From positions 7,491-71,490 of the forward strand of contig CAYPAB010000001.1 of NCBI GenBank assembly GCA_964408605.1: a stretch of 64,000 nucleotides of DNA. Direction: 5' to 3'. Position numbers and translations under genes: made by a program. Each line of letters starts with the position of its first letter. Position 1 is the first letter of the stretch. Below the pieces are notes generated by a model that was not told where the DNA came from, did no database searches, and worked only from the letters and a program-made list of their open reading frames with translations. The DNA comes from an uncultured Eubacteriales bacterium. GTDB lineage: Bacteria; Bacillota; Clostridia; Oscillospirales; Acutalibacteraceae. Below are positions 1 to 9,554 of this stretch, piece after piece.

Positions 1-1550
1 AAAATTTGGCGAAATCGGTGTTGAACGGCACTCTTACCGAAGAAAACAGACTTTCCGACGAGGATCTTGCGTTTTTGAAAGGTCAAAAGCGTATTGTCCT
101 TTCGGGTTGCGGAAAGGTCGACCCCGAAAGCATAGATTCATATATCGAAAACGGTGGCTACAATGCTTTAAAAAAGGCTCTTTCCATGGGGCCCGACAAA
201 ATCATCGAAGAAATGAAAATATCCGGTTTGCGTGGCAGAGGCGGTGCGGGTTTCCCGACTCATATCAAATGGCGTTCCGCAAGGGATTCGGTGTCCGATG
301 AAAAGTATGTTGTTTGCAATGCCGACGAGGGCGACCCCGGTGCATTTATGGACAGGGCTGTTCTTGAGGGCGATCCGCACAGAGTTCTTGAAGGTATGAT
401 GATCGCCGGCATAGCGATTGGCGCCCAAACAGGCGTGATTTATGTAAGAGCCGAATATCCGCTTGCCGTAAAAAGGCTTGAAATCGCAATAAAACAAATG
501 CACGAGAAAAACATTCTCGGAAAAAACATTTTAAACAGCGGTTTCGATTTTGATTTTCGCATAATGATGGGTGCGGGTGCTTTCGTTTGCGGTGAGGAAA
601 CGGCGCTCTTGGCATCTCTCGGCGGTAACAGAGGTATGCCGGTAACGAAGCCGCCGTTCCCCGCACAAAAAGGTTTCAGGAATAAGCCCACTAATATAAA
701 CAACGTCGAAACTTTCGCAAATGTGTCGTGGATTATCGAAAACGGTGGCAAGGCGTTTGCGAGTATGGGTACTGAAGGCAGCAAGGGTACAAAAGTTTTC
801 GCACTTGCCGGACGTGTTAAACGTGGAGGACTTGTGGAGGTTCCCATGGGTCTTACGGTTAACGATATCGTTTTCGGAATATGCGGTGGCATAAAAGACG
901 GTGCCGAAATCAAGGCGGTTCAAATGGGTGGGCCGTCGGGTGGCTGTATTCCGAAAAAATTGCTTGATACCGCAATAGATTACGAAAACATAGCAAGTAC
1001 GGGTGCCATTATGGGTTCCGGCGGTATGATAGTTATGGATGAAAAAACGTGTATGGTCGATATGGCGAAGTTTTTTATGGACTTCACAAGCAAGGAAAGT
1101 TGCGGAAAATGTGTGCCTTGCCGTATCGGTACAACAAGAATGCTTGAAATTCTCGAACGCATTGTCAACGGAAAAGGTGAAGAAAGCGATATAGATACTC
1201 TTGCCGAACTCGGCGAAAGCATAAAAACAGGGGCATTGTGCGGTTTGGGTAACTCGGCTCCGAACCCCGTGCTTACGACTATTGCGTATTTTAAAGACGA
1301 ATACGAGGCACATATAAAAGAAAAACGTTGCCCCGCCGGTAAATGCAGTGCGCTTATTTCGTATGTGATTGACGCTTCTTTGTGTCGTGGATGTTCGCTC
1401 TGTGCAAAAAAATGCCCCGTCGAAGCAATTTCGGGTCAAGTCAAATCGGTGTTTGAAATTGACGGTGAAAAATGCATACGCTGTGCGCAGTGTGTGGAAA
1501 ACTGTAAATTCGGAGCAATAAAGATCGCAAGCGGGGAGGTAAAAGCGTGA
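1..1550 (+). CDS. NuoF/HydB-like NADH-binding flavoprotein subunit (FMN + Fe-S), 5'-truncated by the window edge
   Basis: The ORF is open to the window start. It carries GRGGAGFPT and CNADEGDPGAF (51-kDa/NuoF FMN-NADH site), CGKCVPCR (N3-type 4Fe-4S), and two C-terminal CxxCxxCxxxCP ferredoxin motifs. Its stop overlaps the next start (GTGA at 1547-1550). Confidence 0.85.
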   Translation, partial: NLAKSVLNGTLTEENRLSDEDLAFLKGQKRIVLSGCGKVDPESIDSYIENGGYNALKKALSMGPDKIIEEMKISGLRGRGGAGFPTHIKWRSARDSVSDEKYVVCNADEGDPGAFMDRAVLEGDPHRVLEGMMIAGIAIGAQTGVIYVRAEYPLAVKRLEIAIKQMHEKNILGKNILNSGFDFDFRIMMGAGAFVCGEETALLASLGGNRGMPVTKPPFPAQKGFRNKPTNINNVETFANVSWIIENGGKAFASMGTEGSKGTKVFALAGRVKRGGLVEVPMGLTVNDIVFGICGGIKDGAEIKAVQMGGPSGGCIPKKLLDTAIDYENIASTGAIMGSGGMIVMDEKTCMVDMAKFFMDFTSKESCGKCVPCRIGTTRMLEILERIVNGKGEESDIDTLAELGESIKTGALCGLGNSAPNPVLTTIAYFKDEYEAHIKEKRCPAGKCSALISYVIDASLCRGCSLCAKKCPVEAISGQVKSVFEIDGEKCIRCAQCVENCKFGAIKIASGEVKA

Positions 1551-3865
1551 GTAAAGAAAAAATATACATAAACGGCAACGAATATCTTGCCGATACCGAA
1601 AAAAGTCTTCTTGACAATATTCTCGAAAGCGGAGTTTATGTTCCGCATCTTTGTCATAACAAAGAGTTGGAAAGTTACGGCGGTTGCGGGCTTTGTCTTG
1701 TTGAAATCGAGGGCTTCAGGCGTCCCGTGAGGGCATGCGGAGTCAGTACGGTCGGCGGAATGAATGTCACAACAAGCACCCCCGAAATCGAAAAAAGCCG
1801 TAAAGCGACACTCTCGCTTATAATGTCCGACCACGGCGGTGACTGTAAAGCACCGTGTTATATGGCATGCCCGACACATCAGGATATTCAAGGGTACGTC
1901 GGACTTATCGCCAACGGCAAGGAACGTGAAGCGTTGGAACTTATAAAAAAAGATAATCCGCTTCCCGCATCCATAGGCAGAGTTTGTCCGCACCCGTGTG
2001 AGGAAAAATGCAGGCGTAAATATCTTGAGGGTGCCGTTTCCGTGTGCGCACTGAAACGCTATGTGGCGGACTGTTATGAAGATTATATTCCTCAATGCGA
2101 GGCTTCAAACGGCAAAACCGTTGCGGTTGTCGGCGGTGGCCCCGCAGGGCTTTCGTGTGCGTATTTCCTTGCGATAAAAGGTTATAAAGTTAAAGTTTTC
2201 GAAGCGCAAAATAAAGCGGGCGGTATGTTGAGATACGGCATTCCCGCATACAGATTGCCCAAAGACATCCTCGACAAAGAAATCGAAAATATCGAAAAAA
2301 TGGGCGTCGAGTTTGTTTACTCGAAAAAATTAGGTGTCGATTTTACGGTTTCCTCGCTCAAAAAAGAGTACGATGCCGTGTTCATAGGAACAGGTGCGTG
2401 GCGTTCATACGGTTTGGGTTGCGAAGGCGACGGTGCCGACGGTGTTGTCGGCGGAATAGATATGCTTTACCGTGTGGCAAAAGGCGAAGATGCCGGCATA
2501 GGCGAAAAAGTCTGTGTCGTAGGTGGCGGAAATACCGCAATAGACGCCGTCAGAACAGCCGTGCGTTTGGGTGCCCGAAAGGTCACTCTCGTCTACAGGC
2601 GTACCGAAAAAGAAATGCCCGCCGAACCCGATGAAATAAGAGATGCGAAAAACGAAGGCGTTGAGTTCAAATTCCTTGCATCACCGCTTGAGGCGGTCAC
2701 CGAAAACGGCAAAGTAAAAGGCTTGAAGATACAAAATATGCAGTTGGGCGAGCCCGATGCTTCGGGAAGAAGGCGTCCCGTTGCGATAGAGGGAAGCACG
2801 GAAATACTTGAATGCGATACCGTTATTTCGGCAGTCGGTCAGTGCGTTGTTGCGGAGGATTTGGACTGTGTGGAACTTACCTCAAAATCCACCGTAGCGG
2901 TTGATGAAAAAACGTATATGACCTCTGTTTCGGGCGTGTTTGCCGCAGGTGATGTTATAAACAAAGGCCCCGACATAGCGGTAAGAGCGATAGCCGGCGG
3001 TAAATATGCGGCACGTTCGATTGATTGCTTCCTTAACGGTGTCGAAGTTCCGTCGGAACTTCCGAGGTATTCGGTAAACGAGCATTTTGATGAAAGCGTT
3101 CTTGAGGGAACACCCGTTGCCGAAAGATGCGAAACGGTGCTTGCGGAACCCGAAGAAAGGAAAAAATCGTTTGACGAAGTCGCACGTACTTTCACGGTTG
3201 AAGAAGCACGTGCCGAAGCCTCACGCTGTCTTGAATGCGGATGTTCGGCGGTCTATTCGTGCGAACTGTTGCCATTGGCACGGCAGTACGGTGCGTTTTC
3301 GGATATGTTGAAAGGCAAATCACGGCAGTTTAAAAAAGACAAAAGCCACCCGTTTGTTGTTCGTGATAACAACAAGTGCATACTTTGTGCGCAGTGCGTA
3401 AGGGTTTGCCGTGAAATATCGGGAACGGAAAATTTGGGTCTTTTCGGCAGGGGATTCGGAACGGTTCCGACAACGGCGTTCGGCTTGCCTCTTAACGAAA
3501 GCAAATGTGTTTCGTGCGGGGCGTGTGCCGACGTTTGCCCAACCGGGGCACTGACAATGTCGACCCCGTCGGTGAAAAATCCGCCGTTGCCGTTTTCCGA
3601 AGAACAATATGTTTGCACATACTGTTCACGCAATTGCGAGTTTACAAAACGCACCGTGAACGGCAGAACCGTAAGAATGATACCGAAAGATTTGTCGGAG
3701 TGCTGTTCCGTCGGAATGTTTTTCGATTCCGTTCGTGACAATATTCCCGAAAATATCGGCGATGAAAAATCGGAGGCTGTCCGCAATTGCCTTTGCGGAT
3801 CGCTTCAAAAATATAACGGTGACCGAAAAAGCCTTGACGAGATTATCGAAAAAATCTTAAAGTGA
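1547..3865 (+). CDS. Multidomain Fe-S flavoprotein: N-terminal 2Fe-2S ferredoxin, GltD-like NAD(P)H/FAD module, NuoG/HydA-type Fe-S clusters, and no catalytic C-terminal domain
   Basis: CHNKELESYGGCGLC (2Fe-2S). RVCPHPCEEKC plus VAVVGGGPAGLSCAYFL and VVGGGNTAIDA (glutamate synthase small-subunit-like). HPFVVRDNNKCILCAQCVRVC (His-ligated NuoG/HydA cluster). CVSCGACADVCP and CTYCSRNC. Confidence 0.8.
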   Translation: MSKEKIYINGNEYLADTEKSLLDNILESGVYVPHLCHNKELESYGGCGLCLVEIEGFRRPVRACGVSTVGGMNVTTSTPEIEKSRKATLSLIMSDHGGDCKAPCYMACPTHQDIQGYVGLIANGKEREALELIKKDNPLPASIGRVCPHPCEEKCRRKYLEGAVSVCALKRYVADCYEDYIPQCEASNGKTVAVVGGGPAGLSCAYFLAIKGYKVKVFEAQNKAGGMLRYGIPAYRLPKDILDKEIENIEKMGVEFVYSKKLGVDFTVSSLKKEYDAVFIGTGAWRSYGLGCEGDGADGVVGGIDMLYRVAKGEDAGIGEKVCVVGGGNTAIDAVRTAVRLGARKVTLVYRRTEKEMPAEPDEIRDAKNEGVEFKFLASPLEAVTENGKVKGLKIQNMQLGEPDASGRRRPVAIEGSTEILECDTVISAVGQCVVAEDLDCVELTSKSTVAVDEKTYMTSVSGVFAAGDVINKGPDIAVRAIAGGKYAARSIDCFLNGVEVPSELPRYSVNEHFDESVLEGTPVAERCETVLAEPEERKKSFDEVARTFTVEEARAEASRCLECGCSAVYSCELLPLARQYGAFSDMLKGKSRQFKKDKSHPFVVRDNNKCILCAQCVRVCREISGTENLGLFGRGFGTVPTTAFGLPLNESKCVSCGACADVCPTGALTMSTPSVKNPPLPFSEEQYVCTYCSRNCEFTKRTVNGRTVRMIPKDLSECCSVGMFFDSVRDNIPENIGDEKSEAVRNCLCGSLQKYNGDRKSLDEIIEKILK

Positions 3866-4010
3866 AGATGTTTTACAGGCGTAAAAAAACAGGTGAGTAT
3901 TTTGTTAAAAATGCCGAAGTGACGTTAAAACCGCATAATATCGCGGATGTTTAAACAAAATATACTGTTTCCGTATGCAAAAAAGATGTCATCAAAAACA
4001 AAATTATCTG

Positions 4011-4039
4011 TTGACATTCAACGGCGTTTGTACTATAAT
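4011..4039 (+). promoter_or_regulatory. Sigma-70-type promoter, perfect consensus
   Basis: TTGACA (4011-4016), 17-nt spacer, TATAAT (4034-4039), about 85 nt upstream of the 4123 start. Confidence 0.6.
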
Positions 4040-4122
4040 CTTTTTAGGCTATAAGTGTTGCTATATCTATGCCCACGCGTTAGCATAGGGTTATACCCAA
4101 TTTCATGTAAAGGAAGATATTA

Positions 4123-5199
4123 ATGAAGAAAGTTCTTGCGATTTTTCTTTCCGCACTTCTCGTGTGCATCAGCATTGCACCGATGAGCATTGCGGCTGCA
4201 GGTCCCGAACTCGCCACAAGAGTCACCGAGGGCAACTATTCCGAAACAGCCGGTCAGGTTGCTTCCGTCACAACAACAACTTTTACGGTTGTCGTTAAAG
4301 CGCCGAAAGGCATTCAAAAACTTGTCGGTATGAATTTGTATTTCGAGTTCGACCCCGCGGTTCTCAGCGTTGCGAAAGCCGGCTTGGCTGGTACTGTCGA
4401 TGCCGAGGGCAATGCCGTTCCCAACTTCAACGGTCTGTTTGTTTCCGGTCTTAAATCCGGTTCCGACAATCAGTACACAATGGCTTGGGCATCTAACAGC
4501 GGTGTTTCCAAAAACCAATCAAGAGATCTTGTCTTCATAACATTCAATGTTCTCGACACTTCAAAAACACAGACCTCTTTGAATTTGTACATCGACGAAT
4601 TCCGCACGGAAGACGGCAACGACAATAACGATGTTACAAAAACGGTTCTTTACGAAAACAGAGTGCTGAACTTCAATTTCCCCGCCGATACACCTCCGGC
4701 AACAACCGCACCGGTAACAGATGCCGAAGAAGGCGAAACAGATGCTTCCGACATCAACAAACTTCTTCAAATAATCCGTGACCTTCTTGCGGGCAACGGT
4801 GTTACATTCGCCGATTTCGCCGATGCTATCGCCAATATGCTCGGTAATGCCGAACTTACCGATATCATCGAACAACTTGTTGACGGCGATGTTGATATTT
4901 CCGAATTGTTCCAAGAAATTCTCAGCAGTCTCGGTCTTGATTTCAGTTCTTTTGAGGATATCCTTAATAAAATCATCGAGTTTATTATGGGTCTCATAAA
5001 CGGCGGTGGAGATAAAACCACAAACGCTGTCGCTACAACCGCCGCGGGCGGTGTTGACGGTTCCGCTTCCACAACTGCAGCGGGTTCTTCTTCAAGTTCC
5101 GAAAAAACAGGCGATATGGGTGTCGCTCTTGCGGCAACGGTTTGTGTAGCGGCGAGTGCTGCATTCGTTCTTACACGCAAGAAAAAAGAAATTCTTTAA
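4123..5199 (+). CDS. Secreted cohesin-like domain protein with C-terminal membrane/cell-wall anchor
   Basis: RBS aaggaag lies upstream. N-terminal signal peptide (MKKVLAIFLSALLVCISIAPMSIAAAG). Beta-rich region with a cohesin-like signature (LVGMNLYFEFDPAVLSV..., LVFITFNVLD). Acidic helical module and a Ser/Thr-rich linker. C-terminus reads SEKTGD, then a hydrophobic helix, then RKKKE. Confidence 0.5.
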   Translation: MKKVLAIFLSALLVCISIAPMSIAAAGPELATRVTEGNYSETAGQVASVTTTTFTVVVKAPKGIQKLVGMNLYFEFDPAVLSVAKAGLAGTVDAEGNAVPNFNGLFVSGLKSGSDNQYTMAWASNSGVSKNQSRDLVFITFNVLDTSKTQTSLNLYIDEFRTEDGNDNNDVTKTVLYENRVLNFNFPADTPPATTAPVTDAEEGETDASDINKLLQIIRDLLAGNGVTFADFADAIANMLGNAELTDIIEQLVDGDVDISELFQEILSSLGLDFSSFEDILNKIIEFIMGLINGGGDKTTNAVATTAAGGVDGSASTTAAGSSSSSEKTGDMGVALAATVCVAASAAFVLTRKKKEIL

Positions 5200-5239
5200 T
5201 AAACGAAATCGCAAGTTCGTTGAATAATGATATGAATTG

Positions 5240-5271
5240 ATCGAGGCTCTTTTGAGCCTCGATTGTTTTTT
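5240..5271 (+). terminator. Rho-independent terminator
   Basis: ATCGAGGCTC-TTTT-GAGCCTCGAT followed by TGTTTTTT. Confidence 0.8.
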
Positions 5272-5325
5272 GACGAATTTTGAATTTCAGAGGTTTTAAA
5301 AAATTCGATATAATAAATATGTATA

Positions 5326-5365
5326 TTAAAATCGTGCTGTGAAAACTTGTGTTTCACAGCACGAT
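5326..5365 (-). terminator. Rho-independent terminator for the minus-strand PLC-like gene
   Basis: 14-bp perfect stem, atcgtgctgtgaaa / tttcacagcacgat. On the minus strand it is followed by TTTTAATAT. Confidence 0.7.
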
Positions 5366-5384
5366 TTATTGCAAATATTAAATA

Positions 5385-6296
5385 TCAGGAAACCGAATTT
5401 AAACCGTCTTTGTACTGTTCGCAAAGATCCTCACGAACATTCCCTTTTAAAAGGTTCAAGTTGAGTATGAGTTTCGACTTCATATAATCTTCGGTCATAA
5501 AGTCACCGGCGATTATATTTGCACTTTCAAGGTAGTAGGGATTGTTTTCAATACCCGTTATGATATCTTTAAAATACATACGAACTTCTTTGTCGAGTTT
5601 TTCGGGTTTTGTTAATCCGATGGGAGTGCCGAAGTTGGGCGTTTGTTGAGTTTGGAACCAATAAAGTCCGTTGGTGGGGTAGTCATCGAAGAAACGGAGT
5701 GTTTCGTGCGCAAACGCCTCGGCGTAATTGCCGTTGACCTGCTTTTCCCACGGGAGATTTACTTCACAGTTTTTGCTGTATTTGTAATCTTCGTTATCGT
5801 TTATCAGTATAAAACGCTTGCCGGCTTTTCTGATATCACCGATTGTGACTTCGCTGATATGTTTGAAGTCGCAATAAGCGTTCTTTTCGGGGGAAAGGTA
5901 TTTCTCAAGCAGAGCATCGACTTTTTTGGGGTCTGCTTTGTATTTTATAGTGATAGGGCCGAATTTTTGCGGATAATATTCACGGATATCCAAAAGCAAA
6001 ATTTCAGTCGGGTTTTCGTCAAGGGCGGTTTTGAGGTGCTTCAGGGCATTCTCAAACAAGTCGCCGTTTGTAATTCCGTGAGCCAATACAATGTTGCCTT
6101 TTCTGTCGGTGTTAAGACGCAAACAGAATTGACGCATACCGTATTTAAACTGCGTAAGGACATTGTCGTTTTGACATCTTGCAAGGTCACGCATTCCGTA
6201 TGTGCCGGCGTTGTGCGCTCCGGGGACTATGAGTTTTGTCATTTTGACATCGTCTTTAATGTAAGACATCCATTCCGAATAAAACATAAATATCAC
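5385..6296 (-). CDS. PI-PLC X-domain-like phosphodiesterase, no signal peptide
   Basis: This region aligns by eye to Bacillus PI-PLC: LIVPGAHNAGT (vs IPGTHDSGT), GMRQFCLRLN (vs GARIFDIRGR), IVLAHG (vs IVLHHG), DENPTEILLLDIREYY. The catalytic His/Arg/His positions are retained. Confidence 0.6.
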   Translation of the reverse strand: MIFMFYSEWMSYIKDDVKMTKLIVPGAHNAGTYGMRDLARCQNDNVLTQFKYGMRQFCLRLNTDRKGNIVLAHGITNGDLFENALKHLKTALDENPTEILLLDIREYYPQKFGPITIKYKADPKKVDALLEKYLSPEKNAYCDFKHISEVTIGDIRKAGKRFILINDNEDYKYSKNCEVNLPWEKQVNGNYAEAFAHETLRFFDDYPTNGLYWFQTQQTPNFGTPIGLTKPEKLDKEVRMYFKDIITGIENNPYYLESANIIAGDFMTEDYMKSKLILNLNLLKGNVREDLCEQYKDGLNSVS

Positions 6297-6311
6297 TCCA
6301 ATTAACTCAAA

Positions 6312-7211
6312 TTACATGCCCATCATCGAAGAAAAAAGACCTTTTTTCTTTTGCTTTTTCGGTTTGTAAACGGGCGGGTTTTCAAGACGCATTCTTGCAC
6401 TTTTGCTCTTTTTGAGGTAGGTGATTATTTCGTTTACGGGTTCCGACATCGTGTCGCTGAAATACTCGGAGGCATTTTCAAGAAGTTCGGGGTTTGCCGC
6501 AATGGAACTTCCGAGTATTGTGACCGCAACAAGACTTTGTGTGTCGTTTGTGCCGTTTTCGTAAATATCGTTGAGTAAATTGAAAAGTTTACGCATTTTA
6601 ACTTTGTCGTTTTCACGCAATGTTTTAATTACAAATGCGTTTCCGTGATTGACGAAAAAGTCTTCGGCAAGAAATTCGCCGTAGGTGTCAACATTGTTTT
6701 TGTATTCATCACGAAGTTCGGGGTAAATTGTAGAAAAACGGCTTCCCAAAGTGTTTGCATCGTATGACATTGCACCGCTTTTGGCTTGCGTTCTCGAAAC
6801 GGGAGTCGGCATTTTTTTGCCACTGTGCAACGGCTTACCCGAAAAAGTTTTGTCGAAAGTTTCGTTGTATTCTTCGCAAATGAATTTGATGTCTTTTTCG
6901 TCGAATGTTTCAAGGTCAAGAAGCGACAGTGAGGCACGTTTCATATCGTCATCGGGAGTGTCGCTCTCGTCGGCACGTGCGCAAAAAAGAGCAAGTTTGT
7001 CGCCGTTGAGTTCCAAACGGACACGGCCTTTTTCACCGCGGTACATAATAACCGATTTGCTTCCGACTGTTGAAACAGGAAGTTCGGGAGGTCTGATGCC
7101 GTCGGGATAATCAACTTCAAAACCTAATTCGGTGAGTTGACCTTCGATACCTTTTAAAATAAGTTCAAGAGCGTTGTTGAGTTCAAGCACGGTTGAGTAC
7201 CTCGCATTCAT
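6312..7211 (-). CDS. Hypothetical protein (299 aa), Lys-rich C-terminus
   Basis: Long ORF with coding-like composition, 15 nt upstream of the PLC-like gene on the same strand. No motif recognised. Confidence 0.55.
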   Translation of the reverse strand: MNARYSTVLELNNALELILKGIEGQLTELGFEVDYPDGIRPPELPVSTVGSKSVIMYRGEKGRVRLELNGDKLALFCARADESDTPDDDMKRASLSLLDLETFDEKDIKFICEEYNETFDKTFSGKPLHSGKKMPTPVSRTQAKSGAMSYDANTLGSRFSTIYPELRDEYKNNVDTYGEFLAEDFFVNHGNAFVIKTLRENDKVKMRKLFNLLNDIYENGTNDTQSLVAVTILGSSIAANPELLENASEYFSDTMSEPVNEIITYLKKSKSARMRLENPPVYKPKKQKKKGLFSSMMGM

Positions 7212-7268
7212 TATTATTCGATAAATTATACCATAAAGAATTGTGTTTGTAAAGTTGTTGAGAACATA

Positions 7269-9419
7269 TTATTGCACGTCTTTCATCGACAAAGAAATAC
7301 GTTTTTTCTGTGTGTCTACCGATAATACTTTGACCTTGACAACTTCGCCGACTTTTAACACTTCCGACGGATGCTTTATGAATCGGTTGCATATTTGCGA
7401 AATGTGAACCAATCCGTCTTGATGAACGCCGATATCGACAAAAACACCGAAATCGATAACATTGCGAACAGTCCCCGTGAGTTCCATGCCTTCTTTGAGA
7501 TCGCTCATATCCATTACATCGGTGCGAAGCATCGGCTTCGGGAGTTCGTCACGGATATCTCTGCCGGGTTTTTCAAGTTCGGCTATGATATCGTTAAGTG
7601 TCGGCACACCTATATCGCATTCTTCGGCGACTTTCACTATGCCGTGTTCTTTGACTTTGGTTGCGATTCCGACGGCGCCCTGTTCGGAAACGTCTTTTTG
7701 CGAATATCCGAAAAGTTCCAAAAGTTTTTTTGCCGCATCATAACTTTCGGGATGAACGCCTGTGTTGTCGAGGGCGGTTTTGCCCTTCGGGATCCTTAAA
7801 AATCCGGCACATTGACGAAACGCTTTCGGGCCGAGACCTTTGACTTTTTTGAGTTCGGTTCTGCTTGAAAAAGCACCGTTTTCTTCTCTGTAAGCGACAA
7901 TGTTTTTGGCGGTCGACGAGCCTATTCCGGCAACGTATTTGAGAAGCGAAACAGAGGCGGTGTTGAGGTCAACGCCGACGGAGTTAACACAGTCTTCGAC
8001 AACTCCGCAAAGCGAATCCTCAAGCCTTGCCGGAGGCACATCGTGTTGATACTGACCGACGCCGATGCTTTTCGGTTCGATTTTTACAAGTTCCGAAAGA
8101 GGGTCTTGCAAACGTCTTGCTATGGATACCGCCGAGCGAACGGAAACATCAAAATCGGGGAATTCTTCCGCACCGAGTTTTGAAGCGGAGTAAACCGAAG
8201 CACCGGCTTCGTTCACAACCATATAGGAAACGGGTCGAGTCGATTTTTTGATTGTGTTTGCAATAAAAATTTCACTTTCTTTGCTTGCGGTACCGTTGCC
8301 TATTGAAATGCAGTCGATGTCGTATTTGCCGATAAGGTCGAGAACTCGCTTTTCGGATTCTTCGATTTTCGATTGCGGTGGCGTTGGAAAAATAACGCCT
8401 GTGTAAAGCACACGGCTGCTGCCGTCAACAACGGCGAGTTTGCATCCCGTTCTGTATGCGGGGTCAACCGCTAAAACGGTTTTGTTCTTTATCGGCGGTT
8501 GCATCAAAAGGGGTTTTAGGTTGCTACCGAACATTTTGATGGCTTGTTCGTCGGCTTTGTCGGTAAGGTTGCTTCGGGTTTCTCTTTCGAGCGAGGGGAG
8601 TATGAGCCTTGAATAACTGTCGCAAATTGCCGTTTTGCAAAATTCCGTTGATGAACTTCCTTCTTTAACAAAAAGTTGATTTAAAAGCGAAATTGCCGTT
8701 TCTTCTTCAACTTCGACGGTTACTTTCAAAAATCCCTCTTTTTCGCCTCTGTTGATGGCAAGAATTCTGTGTGAGGGTATTTTCGCAACGGGTTCTGAGT
8801 AGTCGTAATACATGGCGTAAACGCTGTCATCTTCCGTTTTGGCAACGGATTTAACAAGACCACGCTTCGATATGAGGTCTTTGAGGACTTTTCGGGCATC
8901 GGGCGAGTCCGAAACGGTTTCGGCTATAATGTCGGAAGCACCTTGGAGGGCGTCTTCGACTGTTTCGACGCCTTTTTCGGGGTCAACGTAATCTTCGGCA
9001 ACTTCGCTTAAATCCGTACCTTTTAAGGTGAATGAGAAAAGAAGGTCGGCTAAAGGTTGCAAGCCTTTTTCTTTGGCGACGGAGGCACGAGTTTTGCGTT
9101 TTTGCTTGTACGGACGGTAAATATCCTCAACCTCAGCCAAAGTCACCGCCGACGCTATTGCGACGGATATTTCGTCGGTCATTTTGCCTTGTTCCTCGAT
9201 CGACGATATGACTTCTTCTTTGCGTTTTTCCAAATTTCTGAGGTAAGTCAAACGGTCGTTGATGTCACGAAGTTTTTGGTCGTCACAGGAGCCGGTCATT
9301 TCCTTTCTGTAACGTGCGATAAAGGGGATTGTGTTGCCGTCGTCGATAAGTTCGACGATGTTTTTTATATGCGGTTCGCTCACTTCAAATTCGGAGCAGA
9401 GAGTTTTTAAAATATCCAT
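7269..9419 (-). CDS. tex: Tex-like transcription accessory protein (YqgF/HhH/S1 domains)
   Basis: 716 aa. N-terminal IPFIARYRKE motif, YqgF-like core (LAVDPAYRTGCK), HhH region, and C-terminal S1 domain (GTVRNVIDFGVFVDIG...GLVHIS). Confidence 0.92.
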   Translation of the reverse strand: MDILKTLCSEFEVSEPHIKNIVELIDDGNTIPFIARYRKEMTGSCDDQKLRDINDRLTYLRNLEKRKEEVISSIEEQGKMTDEISVAIASAVTLAEVEDIYRPYKQKRKTRASVAKEKGLQPLADLLFSFTLKGTDLSEVAEDYVDPEKGVETVEDALQGASDIIAETVSDSPDARKVLKDLISKRGLVKSVAKTEDDSVYAMYYDYSEPVAKIPSHRILAINRGEKEGFLKVTVEVEEETAISLLNQLFVKEGSSSTEFCKTAICDSYSRLILPSLERETRSNLTDKADEQAIKMFGSNLKPLLMQPPIKNKTVLAVDPAYRTGCKLAVVDGSSRVLYTGVIFPTPPQSKIEESEKRVLDLIGKYDIDCISIGNGTASKESEIFIANTIKKSTRPVSYMVVNEAGASVYSASKLGAEEFPDFDVSVRSAVSIARRLQDPLSELVKIEPKSIGVGQYQHDVPPARLEDSLCGVVEDCVNSVGVDLNTASVSLLKYVAGIGSSTAKNIVAYREENGAFSSRTELKKVKGLGPKAFRQCAGFLRIPKGKTALDNTGVHPESYDAAKKLLELFGYSQKDVSEQGAVGIATKVKEHGIVKVAEECDIGVPTLNDIIAELEKPGRDIRDELPKPMLRTDVMDMSDLKEGMELTGTVRNVIDFGVFVDIGVHQDGLVHISQICNRFIKHPSEVLKVGEVVKVKVLSVDTQKKRISLSMKDVQ

Positions 9420-9527
9420 GGTACCTTCCTTTGTGTAAAATCATAATACGGCCGAAACCGTGTGTGAAAATATTTTGCTTATATATATTAACATATTATG
9501 CGTAAAAAGTCACTCGAAAAAGTTAAA

Positions 9528-9554
9528 TTAGCACTCGGCTGAACAGAGTGCTAA
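9528..9554. promoter_or_regulatory. CIRCE operator (HrcA binding site), perfect consensus
   Basis: TTAGCACTC-GGCTGAACA-GAGTGCTAA matches TTAGCACTC-N9-GAGTGCTAA exactly. It lies 89 nt upstream of the clpB ATG. Confidence 0.85.
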
